64,000 nucleotides of DNA from a virus, in the IMG/VR virus record IMGVR_UViG_3300021364_000001, positions 32,001 to 96,000 of that record. The stretch is one strand, 5' to 3'. Below the pieces are notes generated by a model. That model saw only the letters and a program-made list of their open reading frames with translations. It made no database searches and had not been told where the DNA came from. The first letter of the stretch is position 1; each line of letters starts with the position of its first letter. Of the stretch, positions 47,675 through 54,010 are shown piece by piece. The position numbers were made by a program, and so were the translations under genes.

Positions 47675-47925
47675 CGGTCAGTATCGTGTGAAGAAACTTC
47701 GTCTTTAATATAGCATGGGACACCAGCAGGATCAAGCCATTTGGTGTACTCAAAATCATCCATGGCAGTGTCCAACTGCATGGCGTTGTCGCAGAGGTAC
47801 ATGTCCTTGTACTTTCCAGTGTATTCGTCTGCTTTCTGGATGCGATAGTCAGGTGTACCGTTGTCAAGGACGCCTGCTTCCACGTAACGATAGGGGAAGC
47901 GGGTCAGGAGGACGATGGGTTTCAT
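47671..47925 (-). CDS. Conserved hypothetical protein
   Basis: MKPIVLLTRFPYRYVEAG.L.NG.PDYRIQK... Confidence 0.65.
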   Translation of the reverse strand: MKPIVLLTRFPYRYVEAGVLDNGTPDYRIQKADEYTGKYKDMYLCDNAMQLDTAMDDFEYTKWLDPAGVPCYIKDEVSSHDTDR

Positions 47926-47961
47926 GTATCGGTGGGATAACCTAGGCATAGGATAGCACGG

Positions 47962-48582
47962 TTAAAGGAAATGATACCACCCTGTTGCGATTAGTTTATC
48001 TGATGTGTCTGATTTGCGACCCCTATGATGATAGGTCCAGTCTGCTGGCCAGATTACTGTCAGTCCTTTCTCGGCAGGGATGTAAAGGTCCTGGTGGAAC
48101 CACTCGGTGCCGCCGTCAGGAACGTCATTAAGGTATGTCATCCATACCATATGTCTATATGTATTAGATCGACTACTTGACTGGCGTTCACAATGCCACA
48201 TGTGATACCCACCACCAGGTTTGTAGTATTGAAGATTGAAGAATTCTTCCATCTTCCAAATGTTTGTCTTAGCACAAAGAGGGAAGTGATCCACATAATT
48301 ATTCATTACACGGTTCACTTCCCCAGTGAAATCACGGACCCTAGTATCAGTAATTCCAATGAAGACAGGATTGTCCATGGAATCTTTGATGCTAGGGTCT
48401 ACCATCCCACCACCATTGTCGTCAATGGTTTCCCCAGGCCATTTCTCAAAGATCGTTTGAGTGTTATAGAAGTCAGCAATGCCGTCAACAATACCCTCAT
48501 CGATCTTTTCTGTGTAGATAAAATCAGTTCGGGGATATGCTACTCGACCATCATAGAATATAGGCTCTGGGTTTAGTTTCAT
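47962..48582 (-). CDS. 2OG-Fe(II) oxygenase
   Basis: NLQYYKPGGGYHMWHCE...WMTYLNDV.DGGT...WPADWTYHHRG. Confidence 0.88.
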   Translation of the reverse strand: MKLNPEPIFYDGRVAYPRTDFIYTEKIDEGIVDGIADFYNTQTIFEKWPGETIDDNGGGMVDPSIKDSMDNPVFIGITDTRVRDFTGEVNRVMNNYVDHFPLCAKTNIWKMEEFFNLQYYKPGGGYHMWHCERQSSSRSNTYRHMVWMTYLNDVPDGGTEWFHQDLYIPAEKGLTVIWPADWTYHHRGRKSDTSDKLIATGWYHFL

Positions 48583-48791
48583 TATGCAAGAACGTTGTCT
48601 GCGACTAGGTGATCAATAAGGTAGGCATAATCTTCTTCGATGTCCACTCCCCAGAACCTAACACCTTTATCTTCATAAAAGCGGCAGACTCGGGAGAAGA
48701 GGGATGGATACTGTGTCTCCAACTGGATGTTTCCGTTGGCAGCGTCCCGAAGAATTTGCAGACTGTCTGCAAACTTAGATTGGATCGTCAT
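48582..48791 (-). CDS. Hypothetical protein
   Basis: 69-aa ORF with AGGAGG RBS. Confidence 0.65.
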   Translation of the reverse strand: MTIQSKFADSLQILRDAANGNIQLETQYPSLFSRVCRFYEDKGVRFWGVDIEEDYAYLIDHLVADNVLA

Positions 48792-48834
48792 GATCGCCTC
48801 CTCTTATTCTACTGTTGGTCGGGCAGGTGCCCGA

Positions 48835-48906
48835 TGGGGGATACTGGGATCGAACCAGTGACTTATTGCTTGTAAGGCAACCACTCTACCGCTGAGTTAA
48901 TCCCCC
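48835..48906 (-). tRNA. tRNA-Val(TAC)
   Basis: GGGGGAT/ATCCCCC acceptor, anticodon loop CT-TAC-AA, GGTTCGATCC; no CCA. Confidence 0.95.
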
Positions 48907-48909
48907 ACA

Positions 48910-48983
48910 CGATCCAGGTAGGACTCGAACCTACGACCGACTGCTTAGAAGGCAGTTGCTCTATTCCACTGAGCTACTGGACC
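48910..48983 (-). tRNA. tRNA-Arg(TCT)
   Basis: GGTCCAG/CTGGATC acceptor, anticodon loop CT-TCT-AA, GGTTCGAGTCC; no CCA. Confidence 0.95.
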
Positions 48984-48990
48984 AGGGGAC

Positions 48991-49509
48991 TCAACGCCAG
49001 GCGGGACCTTGTACCCATCCAACGAGAGAATATCTTGTGCCGTCCTCTACTGGGGCGACTCTATGGTAATCATCTGAGTGAAAGAAAATCATCTGACCTG
49101 TTTTCATTTCGATTGGTTGATTGATAAGGTGGAAGTAACCACCTTGGAAGTCCTCGTTTAGCAGGAGAGTGAAAGAAATCTTACGAACCTTTTCACCTTT
49201 TCTCTTGTTGCGGGACCACTCACTTTCATCTTGGTGCCAGTCATAACTGTTTCCTTTCTCGTACTTGGTGAGTTGCAGTGGTTCTACGAAGTCAATATCG
49301 AAGAACCACTTTGCTGCCTCATTTACTCTTGATGCGTATGACAAAATAAGATCATAGAGAGTCTGATCTTCTACGAAAGATACTTCGCAGTCTCGGACGT
49401 TCTCGATCTCGGTGTGCTCAAAGTTCTGATAGCGTTGGAGGATAGATTTGATCTCTTCAAACTCATCGTCATTAAGATCAACGGTTACATAACGATCACG
49501 ATAGTTCAT
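48991..49509 (-). CDS. 2OG-Fe(II) oxygenase (PKHD-type)
   Basis: LQLTKY..G.SYDWHQD...RKISFTLLL...FQGG...HRVAPVEDGTRYSLVGW. Confidence 0.88.
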   Translation of the reverse strand: MNYRDRYVTVDLNDDEFEEIKSILQRYQNFEHTEIENVRDCEVSFVEDQTLYDLILSYASRVNEAAKWFFDIDFVEPLQLTKYEKGNSYDWHQDESEWSRNKRKGEKVRKISFTLLLNEDFQGGYFHLINQPIEMKTGQMIFFHSDDYHRVAPVEDGTRYSLVGWVQGPAWR

Positions 49510-49630
49510 AGATGGATTTAATCTTCTCATTAACAGCGTGTGCCTGTACTTCGGCACCGTCCTCCAAGTGTTCATGGAGTTCATCGATCAAAACTTCTAG
49601 CAGAGAGAAGTCTTCCAGATAGTCTTCCAT
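49496..49630 (-). CDS. Small acidic hypothetical protein (44 aa; not in ORF track)
   Basis: MEDYLEDFSLLEVLIDELHEHLEDG...; directly after a sigma70 promoter. Confidence 0.55.
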   Translation of the reverse strand: MEDYLEDFSLLEVLIDELHEHLEDGAEVQAHAVNEKIKSIYELS

Positions 49631-49658
49631 GGGTCGCTCAATGTTTCAGAACTCATAT

Positions 49659-49687
49659 AATATATATCAGGGAAAGTGCGGTGTCAA
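49659..49687 (-). promoter_or_regulatory. Sigma70 promoter TTGACA-N17-TATATT
   Basis: TTGACA 49687-49682; TATATT 49664-49659. Confidence 0.75.
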
Positions 49688-50284
49688 GGGGGGTTGTTGC
49701 ACCTGCACCCGTGGCACAACCTTGTGTGGGATCATCTCCTTGCCCATGACGTTGAAGGAAATGATGGTCCTAGGAACGTCAGTGAAGTTGGGTTCTTGCA
49801 GGTGTGCCAGGTAGGAAGGGAAGAATACAATGTCACCTTCCTGCACATCAGGGATGAAGTCAATGACTTCTCCATTGATGAAGTTTGTAAAAGGAGCAAT
49901 GAAAGTTGTTCCTTTATGTACCGAAGGATCGAACTGCACATACAGGACAGCAGTGACACCCACTGGTCCATGGTTATGAACACCATGAAACTTACCATTA
50001 GATGTAGTCTGATGCCACATTGCGACGACCTTTTGCATATCCAGTCCAGTCTCTTGTGCCATCTGATCTAGGATCGGAGCACAAGCATCCATCACATCCC
50101 AATAGTATTTGGGCATTGCTTTGTTAGCAACGAGGTCATGATAATCAGTGTCCATCTCATGGAGAGACACCCGACCATTGCTAATGATTGCCTGAGGACT
50201 ATTCTCGTCGCACTGAGAGAGGATTCTCTCGCGCCATACGTCCCAGTTGGGTACGCTAAATTTCTCGATTGGGATTGTGAACAT
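49667..50284 (-). CDS. 2OG-Fe(II) oxygenase-like protein
   Basis: HGVHNH...TAVLYV...EGDIVFFPSYLAH...RTIISFN. Confidence 0.8.
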   Translation of the reverse strand: MFTIPIEKFSVPNWDVWRERILSQCDENSPQAIISNGRVSLHEMDTDYHDLVANKAMPKYYWDVMDACAPILDQMAQETGLDMQKVVAMWHQTTSNGKFHGVHNHGPVGVTAVLYVQFDPSVHKGTTFIAPFTNFINGEVIDFIPDVQEGDIVFFPSYLAHLQEPNFTDVPRTIISFNVMGKEMIPHKVVPRVQVQQPPLTPHFP

Positions 50285-50603
50285 GTTTGATAAACCATTC
50301 AGCATCAACAACTGCAAGAGGTTTCTTTCCATTCTTCTTCATGAAGAGAATGGGAGTGTGTTCTCCTGCATTAGCACACGCTTGATCGTATGCATCGTAG
50401 ACATTTAATTTCTCTACGTTCTTACACTCTATACTGAATGGGAACTTCTGTCTAGCATCTCTTGCCATGATCAGATCTTCACCACCAGCACCCATGGATC
50501 GTGATTCAATATCCTCACGATGAATACCTCTGTGCTCGATGAGCATATCTCTAACCCATTGTTGGAACCTACGTCCCTTCGCTTTCGCGCTTTGAGGTCT
50601 CAT
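50256..50603 (-). CDS. PD-(D/E)XK endonuclease / Holliday junction resolvase-like
   Basis: SAKAKGRRFQQ, GEDL, FSIECKN motifs. Confidence 0.75.
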   Translation of the reverse strand: MRPQSAKAKGRRFQQWVRDMLIEHRGIHREDIESRSMGAGGEDLIMARDARQKFPFSIECKNVEKLNVYDAYDQACANAGEHTPILFMKKNGKKPLAVVDAEWFIKHVHNPNREI

Positions 50604-50790
50604 ACTCTTTATTCTTTTTGAAGTATACTTTGTACCAACGATCACACGCTGCACGTATATACTTATAATCCTCGTGCTCGGTCCCTACCAGAGCAGCGAG
50701 ATAGACACAGGTCCCCTCCATCTCTGAGATGAGTGTCAGGATAGGTATAGGGGACTCTGGGTCTATGTTCCACTGTGGTTTAATCGGCAT
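50569..50790 (-). CDS. Hypothetical protein
   Basis: MPIKPQWNIDPESPIP... Confidence 0.55.
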   Translation of the reverse strand: MPIKPQWNIDPESPIPILTLISEMEGTCVYLAALVGTEHEDYKYIRAACDRWYKVYFKKNKEYETSKRESEGT

Positions 50791-50944
50791 ACCCGTCGTC
50801 GTCATCCTCCAACTGGTAACCAAGTCTAGTACGTGGTTCGTATGGAGTTGTATATGACTCAGGATCCTCCTTGATGGCGTCTTCAAGAGACTGTGCCAGG
50901 AGTTTCAGGTTATGTGCGATCAGTTTTACCTTATCATAATTCAT
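50780..50944 (-). CDS. Small hypothetical protein
   Basis: MNYDKVKLIAHNLKLL...; acidic tail. Confidence 0.6.
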   Translation of the reverse strand: MNYDKVKLIAHNLKLLAQSLEDAIKEDPESYTTPYEPRTRLGYQLEDDDDGYAD

Positions 50945-51596
50945 ATGCTTTCTCCACTTGTGCCCAGTCCTTCTCAAACTGTGCGAGACCTTCTCTGGTG
51001 AGAACATGATCGTACATCTTCCAGAATACTTTCGGAGGAAGAGTCACTACGTCAGACCCATAGAGGAAGCAACGTGATACATGATGTACGTCACGAAGAG
51101 ATGCTGAAAGAATCTCTGTCTTCACACCGTGTGCCTTGTATGTACCAGAGATAGCACGAACAAGTTCAACACCCGAGAAAGAGTTGTCATTACATCTACC
51201 CACGAAAGGAGAGACGAATGAAGCACCTGCCTTGGCGGCAAGGATTGCCTGTGCCACAGAGAACACAAGCGTTACGTTGGTGGGGATATCATCTTCTGAT
51301 AAGTTCTTACATGCTTTCAATCCTTGAACGTTGCATGGAACTTTGATCGTAATGTTGGGAGCAATTTGAATATACTCGTCTGCCATTTCTAGCATCTCTT
51401 CCCAGGTGTCCCCAGATACTTCTGCCGAAACAGATGCATCCCATGAGAACAGGTCTGTGATTTCTGCAAGAACATCGGCAGGATTCCTGCCTGATCTAAG
51501 CATGAGTGTAGGGTTGGTGGTTACACCATCAATGAGACCAGTATCTACTGCTTCACGGATTTCATCAACATTACTACTGTCGAGAAAGATCTTCAT
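50934..51596 (-). CDS. talC: Transaldolase (TalC family)
   Basis: MKIFLDS, GVTTNPTL, TIKVP, NVTLVFS, SPFVGR. Confidence 0.97.
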   Translation of the reverse strand: MKIFLDSSNVDEIREAVDTGLIDGVTTNPTLMLRSGRNPADVLAEITDLFSWDASVSAEVSGDTWEEMLEMADEYIQIAPNITIKVPCNVQGLKACKNLSEDDIPTNVTLVFSVAQAILAAKAGASFVSPFVGRCNDNSFSGVELVRAISGTYKAHGVKTEILSASLRDVHHVSRCFLYGSDVVTLPPKVFWKMYDHVLTREGLAQFEKDWAQVEKAYEL

Positions 51597-51633
51597 TGGT
51601 TCGGACCATAGAGGTTACTTTATATAGTAACAT

Positions 51634-51657
51634 AAAAAAAGAGACCCGAAGGTCTCT
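51634..51657 (-). terminator. Intrinsic terminator ending the riboswitch/DUF4278 unit (cUUCGg loop)
   Basis: AGAGACC-TTCG-GGTCTCT-TTTTTT. Confidence 0.88.
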
Positions 51658-51661
51658 CTTA

Positions 51662-51769
51662 TTATTTCTTTGTAGTGCAGTGCCCTGCCATACAAAGTTG
51701 AGCGTCGCGAAGTTTTTTCTTCTTGACTTCTTGCTGTTTGATAACAGTCAGCCAATTAGTTGTCTTCAT
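51662..51769 (-). CDS. 35-aa basic peptide (not in ORF track)
   Basis: MKTTNWLTVIKQQEVKKKKLRDAQLCMAGHCTTKK; ATGA-coupled to the DUF4278-like gene and ends just before the terminator. Confidence 0.6.
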   Translation of the reverse strand: MKTTNWLTVIKQQEVKKKKLRDAQLCMAGHCTTKK

Positions 51770-51906
51770 TTTGTGACCTCCACTTGCTTAGTGTATACCA
51801 TACCACGATAGTTCATGGTTACGGTCTTGGTCTCGTGCTTTTCTTCCTTCTTCTTAGAAGTAGGAACGCCGCGATAAGCAGTGTGGGTGCTGTAAAGATT
51901 CAGCAT
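51766..51906 (-). CDS. DUF4278-like small protein (46 aa; not in ORF track)
   Basis: MLNLYSTHTAYRGVPTSKKKEEKHETKTVTMNYRGMVYTKQVEVTK has two YRG motifs; AGGAG RBS. Confidence 0.8.
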   Translation of the reverse strand: MLNLYSTHTAYRGVPTSKKKEEKHETKTVTMNYRGMVYTKQVEVTK

Positions 51907-51968
51907 GGTTTTAACTCCTGAAATACTAGGGTGTGCTTAACCTTCTCTCCGAAGAGGATCCGTTTACC

Positions 51969-52156
51969 CGTTCCTTCAATCGTTTGCGTCCCAATAGAAC
52001 TCACATTCTGGTACAGATTCCTTTACGGTCTCTATTAGTTCTACCACGACTTCTCGTGGTAGTTCAACCTTGTTTAGTTTGATCCTGAACAGTATTTCGT
52101 CAGCATCAGTACACGCCATGGTCGAATATAGAAGTAGTTCTAACATGGGATGAACG
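51969..52156 (-). ncRNA. Glutamine-riboswitch-like aptamer 2 with an ORF inside P2
   Basis: 5' CGTTCATCCCA (52156-52146) ... TGGGACGCAAACGATTGAAGGAACG (ends 51969). Confidence 0.65.
51976..52146 (-). CDS. 56-aa ORF nested within aptamer 2 (not in ORF track)
   Basis: MLELLLYSTMACTDADEILFRIKLNKVELPREVVVELIETVKESVPECEFYWDAND; GGAG SD 10 nt upstream. Confidence 0.7.
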   Translation of the reverse strand: MLELLLYSTMACTDADEILFRIKLNKVELPREVVVELIETVKESVPECEFYWDAND

Positions 52157-52159
52157 CTC

Positions 52160-52217
52160 CGTTCCGCGATTTACTTGCGTCCTATTCGCTATTCGCAAAC
52201 AACGAATGGGATGAACG
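52160..52217 (-). ncRNA. Glutamine-riboswitch-like aptamer 1 (glnA/Downstream-peptide family)
   Basis: CGTTCATCCC-[10-bp P2 hairpin]-AGGACGCAAGTAAATCGCGGAACG; P1 CGTTC/GAACG. Confidence 0.8.
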
Positions 52218-52232
52218 TGATGTCATACTAAC

Positions 52233-52240
52233 ATGACAAT
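52233..52240 (-). promoter_or_regulatory. Late promoter TATAAATA upstream of the riboswitch array
   Basis: Exact match 16 nt before aptamer 1. Confidence 0.7.
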
Positions 52241-52260
52241 ACTATTTATACAAGTCAAAT

Positions 52261-52274
52261 GTATCACATGTTAC
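52261..52274. promoter_or_regulatory. NtcA box GTA-N8-TAC
   Basis: GTATCACATGTTAC in the intergenic region, 44 nt upstream of aptamer 1. Confidence 0.65.
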
Positions 52275-52286
52275 CGTTTTCTCATC

Positions 52287-52763
52287 CTAGTCCCTGGTCT
52301 CCTCAGGTCTGCCTTCAAGTTCTTCAAAAACTTCAAGTGGTCCCTTGTACCACTGATCGGGTCCAGGCCAATTATACTTGACACTGATTGCGTCGAGTCC
52401 CTCCACCTCGGACGGTTCCGTTGTGTATGTTTCTTCCATGGTTTCTTGCTCATCCCACGCTTCATGCAGTTCTTCTATCTGTCTGTCAACACCAGACATC
52501 GTTTGCTTTACCTTGCCGTCCCAGTACCACTTCTCAACATAGGAGAACAAGTATTTTAAGATTGTATTCAGGGGTGGTTTCTGCTTAGAGATCCACCCCT
52601 TTATCTTTTGGAGTTGTGTCCGCTCCCCACCCCAGTGGTGCTCGAACTTATAGTGCCATGTTGTATCACCTGGGAGTGGTTCAGTACCATACTCCCATGT
52701 ATCGTAATCATCCTCGTTACGAGGATCAGAGTGAGAATCCTGCAAAGGTGCTTGCTCCGACAT
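52287..52763 (-). CDS. Conserved hypothetical protein
   Basis: 158-aa Trp-rich ORF after nrdB. Confidence 0.6.
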   Translation of the reverse strand: MSEQAPLQDSHSDPRNEDDYDTWEYGTEPLPGDTTWHYKFEHHWGGERTQLQKIKGWISKQKPPLNTILKYLFSYVEKWYWDGKVKQTMSGVDRQIEELHEAWDEQETMEETYTTEPSEVEGLDAISVKYNWPGPDQWYKGPLEVFEELEGRPEETRD

Positions 52764-53895
52764 CCTGTTTAATCCCCCCGACTACATAAGACTCAATCTC
52801 AGTTTCCTGAGGAGCGTTCTGCTGCCCTTTGCTATTTAGCCAGTGCTCTGTCCAAGGTAACGGATTGTTTTTAGCGGGGATATCGTAGAGGGGAGCGAGA
52901 CCAATCGATCTCATGCGACGGTTAGCGATCCACTCCACGTACTGAGACAGCAGTCGTTCGTTGAGACCGATCATGCTACCCTCAGTGAACAGGTAGTTCG
53001 CCCACTCCTTCTCTTCTTCTACTGCGACAGCAAACATCTGTCGAACAGTCTCTTTCTCTTCTGCTGCAATCTTCTCCATCTCAGGATCGTCACCGTCTGC
53101 CCACTTCTTCAAGATCTTCTGAGTCAATACCAGATGCTGTGACTCATCACGGGCGATAAGGGAAATGATCTTTGCCGAACCCTCCATGAGTTTGAGCTCA
53201 CCAAAAGCAAAAGAGCAAGCAAAAGAAACATAGAAGCGTATTCCTTCCAGGATATTGACATTGGCAACAGCAAGATAGAGTTTGCGTTTCAAATCACGAA
53301 GAGTCCACTGAGAAGATGGAGAGTCCTTCCAATCAGACTGCCACATATTACCTTGTGCCCAGTCACCAACAGCATCCAGGAACTCATCGTATGCTTTGGT
53401 CACAGACTGAGCACGTTTGATAATCTTATCATTGTCAAGAGTAGTATCCAGGACCTCAGCAGGATCAGGGTAGACATTCTTGATGATGTGAGTGTAGGAA
53501 CGAGAATGGATCTGTTCCATGAACTGCCACACACCCATGGCACCTTCCAACTCAGGAAGAGAACAGTAGGGAGAGAACGCCATGCCAGGTCCACGACCCT
53601 GCACAGAGTCCAGAAGGATTTGATACTTCAAGTTGGAAGTATAGATGTGTTTCTGTTGTGCATTCAACGTCTTGTAGTCTGCTCTATCCTTTTGGAGAGA
53701 GACTTCCTCGGGACGCCAGAAATATCCGAGTTGTGTTTGAGTCAGTTTATCAAAGTCAGGATACTTAAACTCAGCATACTGTTGCATTCCAAGAGGTGCT
53801 CCGAAGAACATTGGTTGCTTTTTTGTGTCAACCTTCTTGCTGTTGAATACCGTTACTCCCATCTGTGCTCCCATTTGTTCCGTAGTTTGACTCAT
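52726..53895 (-). CDS. nrdB: Ribonucleotide reductase class Ia beta subunit
   Basis: FWRPEEV, EQIHSRSY, EGIRFYVSF, RDESQH, APQETEIESY; true start may be 53865. Confidence 0.97.
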   Translation of the reverse strand: MSQTTEQMGAQMGVTVFNSKKVDTKKQPMFFGAPLGMQQYAEFKYPDFDKLTQTQLGYFWRPEEVSLQKDRADYKTLNAQQKHIYTSNLKYQILLDSVQGRGPGMAFSPYCSLPELEGAMGVWQFMEQIHSRSYTHIIKNVYPDPAEVLDTTLDNDKIIKRAQSVTKAYDEFLDAVGDWAQGNMWQSDWKDSPSSQWTLRDLKRKLYLAVANVNILEGIRFYVSFACSFAFGELKLMEGSAKIISLIARDESQHLVLTQKILKKWADGDDPEMEKIAAEEKETVRQMFAVAVEEEKEWANYLFTEGSMIGLNERLLSQYVEWIANRRMRSIGLAPLYDIPAKNNPLPWTEHWLNSKGQQNAPQETEIESYVVGGIKQDVGASTFAGFSL

Positions 53896-54010
53896 AGTAT
53901 AGAAATGAATTAATCCTTGGGGAACACCCCAAAGATTTACAACACTCCAAGTAGGAATCGAATTCCTCTTGGAGTGCTTTGCTTAGTGTGATTGTAACTT
54001 GTCTAGACAT
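53828..54010 (-). CDS. Small hypothetical protein between nrdA and nrdB
   Basis: MSRQVTITLSKALQEEFDSYLECC... Confidence 0.5.
   Translation of the reverse strand: MSRQVTITLSKALQEEFDSYLECCKSLGCSPRINSFLYYESNYGTNGSTDGSNGIQQQEG

Noticed and set aside
48817-48834. Hairpin TCGGGCA/TGCCCGA after tRNA-Val
   Set aside because: No U tract; probably a processing trailer, with no evidence of a separate RNA.
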